Source: an uncultured Muribaculaceae bacterium
GTDB lineage: Bacteria; Bacteroidota; Bacteroidia; Bacteroidales; Muribaculaceae
DNA: 64,000 nucleotides
Direction: 5' to 3'
NCBI GenBank assembly: GCA_910587235.1
Contig: CAJUKD010000002.1
Coordinates: forward strand, 52,943 to 116,942
The notes beneath the pieces are model-generated. The model did no database searches. It was not told where the DNA came from and worked only from the letters and a program-made list of their open reading frames with translations. Position numbers and translations under genes: made by a program. This document shows, one piece after another, positions 9,646 through 18,772 of this stretch (position 1 is its first letter; every line of letters begins with the position of its first letter).

Positions 9646-11400
9646 TTATTTAATATGTATGCGGCCGGCAGCGGCAAGCAGTGAACGCGCGTTTGCCAGA
9701 GCCGCAGGGTCGGAAGGATTGCCGCTGAGCATCAGAGCAAGTTCGGCAGCACGCTCGTCGTCGGCAAGGCGGCGTATGCGTGTGGTCGTCGACGACTCGT
9801 CATCCTCTTTGTAAACCTTGAAGTGCGCCGTGCCCATCGAGGCCACTCCCGGCAGATGGGTTATGGTGATCACCTGTATGCGGCTGCCGATTCCGGCCAT
9901 CATTGCGGCCATGCGGTTGGCAATGTCGCCGGAAACTCCGGTGTCCACCTCGTCGAAAATAATCGACGGCATCTGCATGTTCTCCGCCACAATCGACTTG
10001 ATCGTAAGCATAAGTCGCGAGATTTCGCCGCCGGAGGCGCCTGCGGCCACAGGCACAGGCTGCTGGTTCTTGTTGAAGGCGAAAAGAAATTCTATATCGT
10101 CGAAACCGTCGGGACCGAGTTTTCCACGGGTCAGTGACACGACACAACAGAGATTGTGCATTCCCAGCGGAGCCGCACGCTCTTTCAGCAAGGCGGCAAA
10201 AGACTCAGCCGTCGCCGCACGCATCTCCGACAGTTGCGTAGCCAGTTCGACTGCCGATTTCTTGGCGCGGCGCGCGGCCAACTCAAGCCTGCCGAGCACA
10301 TCCTCGCTGTTGCTTATAGCCTCCAGTTTGGAAGCCATATCGTCGCGCAGCTTGAGCAAAGCGGCTATAGAATCGGCATGATGCTTCATTTCAAGGCTGT
10401 AGATGGCCCCGAGGCGCTCTTCCACCTCTTCGAGGCGTCCAGGGTCGGACTGCAGGCGTGCGTCGTAGTCGGCAAGACTGTCGGCTATGTCGGCGACCTC
10501 TATCCGCGCCGATTCCAGACGTCCGGCCAGCGAGCGGAAAAAATTGCCTCCGGAGTCCGGATCGTCCGTCGCATCCTCCGATATGTCGGAATCCGGATCG
10601 GCATCGCTGTCGCCGGTTCCGAGGCGCGAGGCAATCGACTCGCAGGCACCCGCGGCATCGCGCAGAGCCTCGACAGCATTGCTTTCCCCGCCGGCAAGCG
10701 GAGCTATGGCTTCGGCAAGAAGTTCTTTTATATCACCTACATTCGACAACAGCTCGCGCTCGGCCTCAAGACTTTCCTGTTCTCCGTCGTGCAGGTCGAG
10801 TCCTTCGAACTCTTCCAGCTGGAACGACAGATATTCGGCATCGCCGGCATTTCGGCGTATCAGATCGCGGGTATCCGTGTATTTCTTTAAAGCCCGGCGA
10901 TAGGCGGCATAGGACTCGGCATATTTTTCCTTAAGTTCTCCGTTTCGCGCCAGACTGTCGATAATGGAAAGCTGGTAAGCGGGATCAGCTATAAGAAGAT
11001 TTTGATGCTGCGAATGGATATCGACCAGACGCATGGCAATATCACGCAGGAAAGCGAGAGTCACCGGTGTGTCGTTGACAAAAGCCCGCGAACGTCCGCC
11101 GGGCGAAAGCTCGCGGCGCAGGATGCAGACATCGCTGTCCGTATCAAGTTCGGCACGCCGCAGCACATCGTTGAATCCTGCGATGGAACTGATATCGAAC
11201 TCAGCTTCTATCACCGACTTGGCATCGGCGTTGCGTATGGCTTTCAGGTCGGCACGCCCGCCGAGCAAGAGCGACAACGCACCGAGTATTATCGATTTTC
11301 CGGCTCCAGTTTCGCCTGTTATTATGTTAAGCCCCGCTTCGAAATTTATGTCGATTTTCGATATAAGGGCATAATTGGCTATATGAAGGCTCTTTATCAT
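9646..11400 (-). CDS. recN: DNA repair protein RecN
   Basis: Walker A GETGAGKSIILGAL, a long coiled-coil middle, the SGGE signature (ASGGEISRLML) and Walker B IIFDEVDTGVSG. Confidence 0.95.
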   Translation of the reverse strand: MIKSLHIANYALISKIDINFEAGLNIITGETGAGKSIILGALSLLLGGRADLKAIRNADAKSVIEAEFDISSIAGFNDVLRRAELDTDSDVCILRRELSPGGRSRAFVNDTPVTLAFLRDIAMRLVDIHSQHQNLLIADPAYQLSIIDSLARNGELKEKYAESYAAYRRALKKYTDTRDLIRRNAGDAEYLSFQLEEFEGLDLHDGEQESLEAERELLSNVGDIKELLAEAIAPLAGGESNAVEALRDAAGACESIASRLGTGDSDADPDSDISEDATDDPDSGGNFFRSLAGRLESARIEVADIADSLADYDARLQSDPGRLEEVEERLGAIYSLEMKHHADSIAALLKLRDDMASKLEAISNSEDVLGRLELAARRAKKSAVELATQLSEMRAATAESFAALLKERAAPLGMHNLCCVVSLTRGKLGPDGFDDIEFLFAFNKNQQPVPVAAGASGGEISRLMLTIKSIVAENMQMPSIIFDEVDTGVSGDIANRMAAMMAGIGSRIQVITITHLPGVASMGTAHFKVYKEDDESSTTTRIRRLADDERAAELALMLSGNPSDPAALANARSLLAAAGRIHIK

Positions 11401-12332
11401 TTCTCAGCACCTTTTTTCAGTTGGTCGAGCCTTGTCTGCTGTTCTGTAGGATAGATAGGCTCCAGGAGATTATAGACCTTGTTGCGCTCCTCGGCGGGAG
11501 CTTTGGAATAAATATTTACCAACTCGTCGAGTTTGGCATCCTTGAACATCGAAAGCATGACGGACATAGGCTGGACATCATAAATTTTACTCACTTCGCC
11601 GAGCGATTCCGTAACGGCTGAACGACCCTTGTCAACCGACACCGACATCTGGTCGAGTCCCTGTCGGTGATACTTATAATAAAGGTCGCGTATTCCGGAG
11701 GTCGCGGGATCGGTAAACCCGCTTAGCACGGCGCTGCGGTTCTTGGAATCCTCGAAAGCTTTCCAGCCGGTTTCTCCCGATGACTGCGCCATCTGCACTA
11801 TCTGCTTCAGCCGTTCCCAGTAAGGCTCGCCGCCACGGGGCGAAAACGAGTCGAAATCGACGGCAAGGAAAAGATAGACATAGAAATTGACTATCGCCGT
11901 CAGCTGGCTCTCCATATTGTTTAAGGAAAAAACCAGAGGCTCACCCTCGCGGTAAGAAAACTCTATCTTGGTATCCTTGAAATTTATAAGCGTCGTGGTA
12001 TAGGAACTGTTGTAGACCGGACGCAAGGACTGCACCTGCAGGTCGCCCTTGATCACGTCGTCGGTATATTCCTTGACCGTCAGAAAAAAGCGGCATTCGA
12101 TCTTTTCATTGGCGGCAAACTGGGCGTCGGTGAACACCGTCGTATTGATATACTCCGTGAGAGCCGTCTGCAATGTTTCGAACACCGACTTGTTCGTGCC
12201 GTTTATCTGGTCGGAATTGACAGTGACCGTACAGTTCAGTTCCTGCGCGCCGGCTACGCAAGCGGCAGAAAAGAAGAGGGCGGCGGCAAAACAGCGGTGC
12301 AAAGGTCGGACAAAGGAGAGAGTAAAAGTCAT
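11397..12332 (-). CDS. DUF4835-family secreted protein (family linked, as I recall, to type IX secretion as PorD)
   Basis: Signal peptide, then QELNCTVTVNSDQINGTNKSVFETLQ. The conserved Bacteroidota synteny coaBC-DUF4835-recN is present. Its stop overlaps the recN start. Confidence 0.6.
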   Translation of the reverse strand: MTFTLSFVRPLHRCFAAALFFSAACVAGAQELNCTVTVNSDQINGTNKSVFETLQTALTEYINTTVFTDAQFAANEKIECRFFLTVKEYTDDVIKGDLQVQSLRPVYNSSYTTTLINFKDTKIEFSYREGEPLVFSLNNMESQLTAIVNFYVYLFLAVDFDSFSPRGGEPYWERLKQIVQMAQSSGETGWKAFEDSKNRSAVLSGFTDPATSGIRDLYYKYHRQGLDQMSVSVDKGRSAVTESLGEVSKIYDVQPMSVMLSMFKDAKLDELVNIYSKAPAEERNKVYNLLEPIYPTEQQTRLDQLKKGAEK

Positions 12333-13534
12333 AGTCTTGTTATGGCGTCGATTATGTCGGCGGCAACTTCATCTTTGGATTTCAGGTCAAAAATCCCGTC
12401 AGGCCGTCCGTCGGCATACTGTATTGATATTTTGTTAGTATCGGTTCCGAATCCGGCGCCGGCATCGGCCAGCGAGTTCACCACAATCATGTCGAGGTGC
12501 TTGCGCACCAGTTTTTCGGCGGCATGTTCGGCGGCATTGTCGGTTTCGAGGGCAAAACCGACAAGAATCTGCCCCGGACGCTTGCGCGAGCCGAGCGTGG
12601 CGGCAATATCGGGATTCTTCACAAGTTTTATTTCATCGAAATCGCAATGCTCGCGTTTGATTTTACGTCCGGCGCACTCCGCGGGAGCATAATCGGCCAC
12701 CGCAGCGGCCATGATGGCTATATCGGCATCGGCGAAAGCATCCTCGCAGGCCGCAAGCATCTCACGCGCAGATTCGACAGCGACAACTTTCACCGCCGGA
12801 TCATCAATACTGATTCCGACAGGACCGCTGACAAGCGTCACCTCGGCACCCTCGGCAGCGGCACGGCGTGCTATCGCATAACCCATCTTGCCTGTGGAGA
12901 AATTACCTATATAACGAACCGGATCTATTCGTTCGCGTGTAGGGCCGGCGCTTATCAACACTTTCCGGCCTTCCAGACGCCTGCTTCCGCAGCCGTCGAA
13001 GAACGCGTCGAGCACAGCGACGATTTTCTCCGGCTCCTCCATGCGACCCTTACCCGTCAGATGGCTGGCAAGTTCGCCCGAAGCAGCCTCGATAATCCTC
13101 ACACCGTCGGCACGCAACGTAGCGAGATTGCGCGTAGTCGACGGATGCGCCATCATGTCGAGATCCATGGCCGGAGCCACAAACACCGGACATTTGGACG
13201 AAAGATAAGTTGTTACAAGCATATTGTCGGCAACGCCTGTTGCCATCTTGGCGAGCGTCGACGCTGTGGCCGGAGCCACGATCATGGCATCGGCCCACAG
13301 ACCCAGATCGACATGCGAGTGCCACTCGCCGCTGTTGGCCGTGAAGAATTCGCTGATGACAGGGCGGCCTGAAAGAGCCGACAGGGTCACGGGCGTTATG
13401 AATTCCTTGCCGTTGGGTGTGATTACAACCTGCACCTGCGCGCCGGCCTTGACAAGCAGACGCAAAAGCATGGCCGATTTGTAGGCGGCTATGCCTCCGG
13501 TGATTCCGAGTATTATATTCTTGCCTTCAAGCAT
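12329..13534 (-). CDS. coaBC: bifunctional phosphopantothenoylcysteine decarboxylase / phosphopantothenate-cysteine ligase
   Basis: N-terminal flavoprotein domain (ILGITGGIAAYKS, APATASTLAKMA) and C-terminal CoaB domain (ISAGPTRERIDPVRYIGNFSTGKMG, AAAVADY). Confidence 0.95.
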   Translation of the reverse strand: MLEGKNIILGITGGIAAYKSAMLLRLLVKAGAQVQVVITPNGKEFITPVTLSALSGRPVISEFFTANSGEWHSHVDLGLWADAMIVAPATASTLAKMATGVADNMLVTTYLSSKCPVFVAPAMDLDMMAHPSTTRNLATLRADGVRIIEAASGELASHLTGKGRMEEPEKIVAVLDAFFDGCGSRRLEGRKVLISAGPTRERIDPVRYIGNFSTGKMGYAIARRAAAEGAEVTLVSGPVGISIDDPAVKVVAVESAREMLAACEDAFADADIAIMAAAVADYAPAECAGRKIKREHCDFDEIKLVKNPDIAATLGSRKRPGQILVGFALETDNAAEHAAEKLVRKHLDMIVVNSLADAGAGFGTDTNKISIQYADGRPDGIFDLKSKDEVAADIIDAITRL

Positions 13535-13547
13535 TGTCGGTTACGTC

Positions 13548-14315
13548 TTATTTTCCTCTTGCGCGGAGGCGTATTCTGGTGAAAGCGTTTTTGGTGTTCT
13601 GGGTGAAATCGCCCTGCATTATCCAGCTGTAATAGCCGGGATCGCGCGCAAGCACCTCTTCGGCAATCTGCCCTTTGTATTTGCCGAAGTTGATCACCTC
13701 GCGGCGCTTGTCGTCGTAGACAAGGCGTCCCATAAGATCGACATTCCGGTTGTTGGAAGCATATTCCGACAATGCGTCGACCTCTGTCGGAAGATCCTCA
13801 TAGCGTTCGAGCTGGGCTTTCAGCACCTCGAGTGTCGCACGGGTGTCGGCGGCAGCCGAATGCGCGTCCTCGAGATTCTTGTCGCAGTAGAAACGGTAGG
13901 CGGCCACAAGAGTGCGGGGTTCGCGCTTGTGGTATATGGTCTGTACGTCGATGAAACGGGCCGCACATATATCGAAATTGATTCCCGCGCGGGTAAACTC
14001 CTGGTCGAGAAGAGGAATATCGAAACGGTTGGAATTAAAGCCAGCGATGTCGCAGCCGCTCATAAGCTGTGCCAGCGAGGCGGCGACCTGACGGAAAGTA
14101 GGCTCCGAAGCCACGTCCTCGTCATATATCCCGTGTATGGCCGAAGCCTCGGCGGGAATAGGTATTTCGGGATTTATACGGCGCGTACGTTCCACCTCGC
14201 TGCCGTCAGGCATCACCTTGATAAGCGAGATTTCGACGATACGGTCGTGCATGATGTTTGTGCCGGTTGTTTCCAGATCGAAGAACACAATCGGACGGTT
14301 CAGTTTCAGCTTCAT
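13548..14315 (-). CDS. DEDDh 3'-5' exonuclease (DNA polymerase III epsilon-like)
   Basis: Exo I FFDLETTG, Exo II AGFNSNRFDIPLL and Exo III HSAAADTRAT motifs. Confidence 0.85.
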   Translation of the reverse strand: MKLKLNRPIVFFDLETTGTNIMHDRIVEISLIKVMPDGSEVERTRRINPEIPIPAEASAIHGIYDEDVASEPTFRQVAASLAQLMSGCDIAGFNSNRFDIPLLDQEFTRAGINFDICAARFIDVQTIYHKREPRTLVAAYRFYCDKNLEDAHSAAADTRATLEVLKAQLERYEDLPTEVDALSEYASNNRNVDLMGRLVYDDKRREVINFGKYKGQIAEEVLARDPGYYSWIMQGDFTQNTKNAFTRIRLRARGK

Positions 14316-14348
14316 GTCTATGAATTCTACAGAAATTTACAGGCCTAA

Positions 14349-15479
14349 TCAGAATTCGCCTACGGTCATAGGCATCAGAAGCATCACAAGTTCGGTGTTG
14401 TCAGGCTCTTCGCCGGGGCGGAACATGCCGGGACGTCCGGCGTCGCCGAGATTCACCACCACTTCCTCGCCATGCAGCGTATTGAGAATCTCGATAAGGA
14501 ACGAAGCGCTGAAACCGATAGTCAGCTCCTGACCGGTGAACGAACAGGGCACCTGCTCCCGCGCGCTGGTGCAGAGGCTCGGGTCGCTGCTCTTGATAAG
14601 GATTTTTTCCGGCGTGATACGGAATTTCTCCAGACCGCCGTCAAGCTCGACGAATATGCCCACGCGGCGCACGGCGTTAAGCAACGCAAGACGGTCAACG
14701 GTAAGCACAAGCGAATTGTTGCGGGGAATCACACGGTTATAGTCGGGATAAGTGCCGTTGAGGAATGTGCATTGGAATGTGAAACGGTCGCTCTTGACAA
14801 TTGCGCTGCGTGAAGTCATGGTAATGTCGAGGCTTTCATCCTTGGCGAACACGTTCTTTATGACAGTAGCGGGCTTGACGGGAATGATACAGTTGCCTGT
14901 AACGCCGGGAGCCGTACGGCGGTCGATATATCGCACGAGCTTGCGGGTATCCGTTGCCACGAAAGTGATGCTTTCGGGAGTGATATCGAGGTACACACCC
15001 TGCATGATCATGCGGTACTCATCGGTGCTTACGGCAAACATGGTGTTGTCAAGACCGGTGATAAGCTGCTCTGTGGCAATGCTGAAGCTTATAGGCTCCG
15101 AATCGTTGCCGCTTACACGGAAACTGGGATACTGCTCGGCCGATATGCCTACAAAAGAATAATGGCCTGAAGCGTATGTAAGCTGTACTTCAAGAGTATC
15201 GTCATTGATATTGACGTCCACTCCCTGGTCGGGCATTTCCTTCAGAAGCTCCACAAGGCGGCGGGCACCGAGGCAAAGGCTACCGGACCCTTCGGCCTCG
15301 CTGACAGTAAGATGCGCTGTAAGGGCATTCTCCGCATCGGAGCCGGTGATAGTCAGCTTGTCGCCTTCAAGCGTAATCAGAAAATTATCGAGGATGGCGA
15401 GCGCGTTCTTGGAATTGATTACCTTGCTCACGGCCGATGTGGCGTTGTAGAGAGCTTTGCTTGCGATGTTGAATTTCAT
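14349..15479 (-). CDS. dnaN: DNA polymerase III subunit beta (sliding clamp)
   Basis: 376 aa with a three-domain clamp pattern. MKFNIASKAL...LDNFLITLEGDKLTITGSD at the start and ...LMPMTV at the end. Confidence 0.95.
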   Translation of the reverse strand: MKFNIASKALYNATSAVSKVINSKNALAILDNFLITLEGDKLTITGSDAENALTAHLTVSEAEGSGSLCLGARRLVELLKEMPDQGVDVNINDDTLEVQLTYASGHYSFVGISAEQYPSFRVSGNDSEPISFSIATEQLITGLDNTMFAVSTDEYRMIMQGVYLDITPESITFVATDTRKLVRYIDRRTAPGVTGNCIIPVKPATVIKNVFAKDESLDITMTSRSAIVKSDRFTFQCTFLNGTYPDYNRVIPRNNSLVLTVDRLALLNAVRRVGIFVELDGGLEKFRITPEKILIKSSDPSLCTSAREQVPCSFTGQELTIGFSASFLIEILNTLHGEEVVVNLGDAGRPGMFRPGEEPDNTELVMLLMPMTVGEF

Positions 15480-15550
15480 ATACGGTAGAAAATTTGTTTC
15501 TTATTCTTGTCCGGGCCTGACCTGACGCAGAAGCGGCCCATATCAATTTA

Positions 15551-15558
15551 CAAAAATA
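15551..15558 (-). promoter_or_regulatory. candidate -7 box (TATTTTTG on minus strand) for dnaN
   Basis: The plus strand reads CAAAAATA, about 70 nt upstream of the dnaN ATG. It matches the Bacteroides TAnnTTTG consensus. Confidence 0.4.
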
Positions 15559-15651
15559 GCAATTATCCGCGACTTTCACCAATGTCGCCGCCCCTTATTT
15601 TCGCGCATCGGTTAAGTGGTGTTAAAACTTGCATTTATTCAATAAAATATA

Positions 15652-15659
15652 TACTTTTG
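15652..15659 (+). promoter_or_regulatory. candidate -7 box (TACTTTTG) for the DUF4492-cydAB operon
   Basis: Matches TAnnTTTG, 48 nt upstream of the ATG at 15707. Confidence 0.45.
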
Positions 15660-15706
15660 ACATGCGGAAAACAAAAAATATCAGCATCCCCATCTGTTTA
15701 AAATAC

Positions 15707-15964
15707 ATGCTACAACCACGCAATCGGTTAAAAAATATAGCGATGTTCTACATCGACGGATTCCGCCGGATGACCGTAGGACGCAGCCTGTGGGCTTTGA
15801 TAATCATAAAACTGATTATCTTTTTCGCTGTCCTGAAGCTGTTTTTCTTCCCCGACATCCTATCCACGCGCTACTCCGACGACGAATCCCGTGCCGATGC
15901 CGTCCGCAAAGCCCTGAGCGTAGCACAAACAACTGACAATCAAACAACAGATAAAATACCTTGA
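15707..15964 (+). CDS. DUF4492-like small membrane protein preceding cydA
   Basis: FYIDGFRRMTVGRSLWALIIIKLIIFFAVLKLFFF is the pattern I associate with the small gene upstream of Bacteroidota cydAB. The start was chosen downstream of the predicted promoter; an ATG at 15743 is also possible. Confidence 0.6.
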   Translation: MLQPRNRLKNIAMFYIDGFRRMTVGRSLWALIIIKLIIFFAVLKLFFFPDILSTRYSDDESRADAVRKALSVAQTTDNQTTDKIP

Positions 15965-15968
15965 AACT

Positions 15969-17537
15969 ATGAATGAACTGTTAGGAACCGTCGACTGGTC
16001 AAGGGCGCAATTCGCCCTGACAGCCATGTACCACTGGCTATTCGTCCCGCTTACCATCGGACTGTCAGTGATTGTAGCCATTATGGAAACAATCTACGTC
16101 CGGACAGGCGACAGCCGCTGGAAAGGAATCACTAAATTCTGGATGACCCTTTTCGGCATCAATTTCGCCTGCGGAGTAGCCACAGGCATCATCCTTGAAT
16201 TTGAATTCGGCACCAACTGGTCGAACTACAGCTGGTTTGTAGGCGACATCTTCGGAGCGCCGCTGGCCATCGAAGGCATACTGGCCTTCTTCATGGAAGC
16301 GACATTCATAGCCGTGATGTTCTTCGGCTGGAACAAAGTCAGCAGGCGTTTCCATCTGGCCTCGACATGGCTGACAGCTCTGGGCGTATCGCTGTCGGCA
16401 TTGTGGATACTGGTAGCCAACGCATGGATGCAGAATCCGGTCGGGATGCGCTTCGACCCGGCACAGATGCGCAACGTAATGGACAACTTCTTCGAAGTGG
16501 CGTTCAATGCCGTAGCCATCAACAAATTTTTCCATGCCGTGTTCAGCGGATGGACTCTTGCCGGAGTATTCGTTGTAGGAGTCAGCGGATGGATGCTCAT
16601 GCGCCGCCGCAACATCGAAGCCATGCGCCGCTCCATGAAGATAGGTTCTATCGTAGGGCTGGCCGGCATACTGATGACATTCTATACAGGCCACGGCTCC
16701 GCCGTACAGGTCGCACGCGTACAGCCGATGAAACTCGCCGCCATGGAAGGTCTTTTCAACGGAGGACGCGACCAGGCCCTCGTAGGCTTCGGAATACTCG
16801 ACCCTGAATTCCGTCCCGGCGACAAAGGCGACCCCATGCTCTTCAGCATCGAAATTCCGTACGCCCTGTCATGGCTTGCAACCGGCGACCCGCATGCTTT
16901 CGTCCCGGGAATAAACGACCTGATCGCAGGACGGGCTATCGACGACAACGGCGACACCGTCCGCACCGCGTCATACGCCGACAGAATGGCCTCGGGACGC
17001 GCAGCACAGGATGCCCTGCGCGCCTACGACAACGCACACCGCAGTTCCGACATTCCGGCTATGGAAGCGGCGTCAGCCGACATAGCACGTAACTTCGGCG
17101 ATTTCGGCTACGGCTATTTCACCGATCCAATGCAGGCCGTTCCTCCGGTCGGACTGACATTCTATTCCTTCCACATAATGGTGATTGCCGGAGGCTTTCT
17201 TCTGGCCGTCCTGCTGATAATGCTTATAGTAAGCTACCGACGCCCGGCCTTGCTCGGCAAAAACTGGCTCGCATGGCTTGCGATGCTCTCCGTTCCTGCC
17301 GTATGGATATGCAGCCAGTCGGGATGGGTCACCGCCGAGGTAGGACGACAGCCCTGGGTAATTCAGAACCTGCTCCCTACATGCGCCGCCATATCCGATG
17401 TCACGGCCGCATCCGTACGCCTCACATTCTGGATTTTCGCAGCCATATTCACACTCCTGCTCGTAGCTGAAATCAGCATCATGCTGCGCTATATCGCAAA
17501 AGCATCGAAAACCGACATCGAAAACGACAACCATTAA
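15969..17537 (+). CDS. cydA: cytochrome bd ubiquinol oxidase subunit I
   Basis: LSRAQFALTAMYHWLFVPLTIGL, the Q-loop and GWVTAEVGRQPWVI motifs. Confidence 0.95.
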   Translation: MNELLGTVDWSRAQFALTAMYHWLFVPLTIGLSVIVAIMETIYVRTGDSRWKGITKFWMTLFGINFACGVATGIILEFEFGTNWSNYSWFVGDIFGAPLAIEGILAFFMEATFIAVMFFGWNKVSRRFHLASTWLTALGVSLSALWILVANAWMQNPVGMRFDPAQMRNVMDNFFEVAFNAVAINKFFHAVFSGWTLAGVFVVGVSGWMLMRRRNIEAMRRSMKIGSIVGLAGILMTFYTGHGSAVQVARVQPMKLAAMEGLFNGGRDQALVGFGILDPEFRPGDKGDPMLFSIEIPYALSWLATGDPHAFVPGINDLIAGRAIDDNGDTVRTASYADRMASGRAAQDALRAYDNAHRSSDIPAMEAASADIARNFGDFGYGYFTDPMQAVPPVGLTFYSFHIMVIAGGFLLAVLLIMLIVSYRRPALLGKNWLAWLAMLSVPAVWICSQSGWVTAEVGRQPWVIQNLLPTCAAISDVTAASVRLTFWIFAAIFTLLLVAEISIMLRYIAKASKTDIENDNH

Positions 17538-17551
17538 AAACGACACCCGAC

Positions 17552-18688
17552 ATGACAGAACTTGAATTATTACAATCATACTGGTGGCTGCTGATATCCA
17601 TACTCGGAGCCGCACTCGTTTTCCTGCTGTTCGTGCAGGGCGGACAGTCAATGCTATATTGCGGACACAACTACGGCACACGCCAGCTTATGGTGAACTC
17701 CCTCGGACGCAAATGGGAATTCACATTCACGACGCTGGTCGTTTTCGGCGGAGCATTCTTCGCATCTTTCCCCCTGTTCTACTCCACCAGCTTCGGCGGA
17801 GCATACTGGCTGTGGATGCTAATACTTCTGAGCTTCATCCTGCAGGCCGTCAGCTACGAATTCCGCCGCAAAAGCGGTAACCTCTACGGCACCCGCACCT
17901 ACGACGCCTTTCTGGTCTTCAACGGCGTAGCCGGATGCGTACTCCTTGGCGTAGCCGTAGGCATGTTCTTCTTCGGCGGACAGTTCACCGTCACCAAAAG
18001 CAACATCCTCGATGCAGCCGCTCCCGTAATATCACAATGGGCGCCGACCCACGGACTCGAAGCCATAGCCGACTGGCGTTGCCTGCTTCTCGGAGTCGCC
18101 GTATTCTTCCTTGCCCGCACACTGGCCGCCATGTACTTCGTCAACGACATAGCCGGCGACGAAGCCTTTACAGCCCGCATGCGCCGCCGCACGCTTGTCA
18201 ACGGCCTGATATTCGCGCTGCTTTTCGTAGCCTTCCTTGTTGTGCTGTTTACGGCAACAGGCTACAGCTCCACCCCCGCAGGTTTCATATCCGAGCCACA
18301 TCTCTACTTCAACAATCTGCTCCGTATGTGGTGGCTCGCCATTGTACTCATCCTCGCCGTCGCCGCAGTCCTCTACGGCATAGCCATGACCGCTTTCACC
18401 CGCTCCCGCGCAGGAATATGGTGGAGCGGCTTCGGAACAGCGGCCGCAGTCATAGTCCTGTTCTGCCTCGCCGGATACAACAGCACAGCCTACCTCGCAT
18501 CGACAACCCACCCGGCCTCGTCGCTGACTATAGCCAACAGCTCGTCGTCGCTGTTCACACTACGCGTCATGAGCGTCGTATCAGTCCTGATTCCATTCGT
18601 ACTGGCCTATATCGTCTGCGTATGGCGCAAGATGAACGCCGCACCCCTTACACCTCAGGAACTAAGCGAAGACACCCATCAGTACTAA
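17552..18688 (+). CDS. cydB: cytochrome bd ubiquinol oxidase subunit II
   Basis: Polytopic 378-aa protein immediately after cydA, with the WWLLISILGAALVFLLFVQGG start typical of CydB. Confidence 0.9.
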   Translation: MTELELLQSYWWLLISILGAALVFLLFVQGGQSMLYCGHNYGTRQLMVNSLGRKWEFTFTTLVVFGGAFFASFPLFYSTSFGGAYWLWMLILLSFILQAVSYEFRRKSGNLYGTRTYDAFLVFNGVAGCVLLGVAVGMFFFGGQFTVTKSNILDAAAPVISQWAPTHGLEAIADWRCLLLGVAVFFLARTLAAMYFVNDIAGDEAFTARMRRRTLVNGLIFALLFVAFLVVLFTATGYSSTPAGFISEPHLYFNNLLRMWWLAIVLILAVAAVLYGIAMTAFTRSRAGIWWSGFGTAAAVIVLFCLAGYNSTAYLASTTHPASSLTIANSSSSLFTLRVMSVVSVLIPFVLAYIVCVWRKMNAAPLTPQELSEDTHQY

Positions 18689-18701
18689 ACCTTCACACCA
18701 T

Positions 18702-18760
18702 CATTGAACAAAGAAAGGGAGCGGATCCGATTGCGGTTCGCTCCCTTTCTTTGTTCAATG
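18702..18760. terminator. bidirectional hairpin between convergent cydB and RNase E/G
   Basis: Perfect 22-bp inverted repeat CATTGAACAAAGAAAGGGAGCG / CGCTCCCTTTCTTTGTTCAATG (18702-18723 and 18739-18760) with a 15-nt loop. Confidence 0.7.
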
Positions 18761-18772
18761 TTTCGAGGCTGC

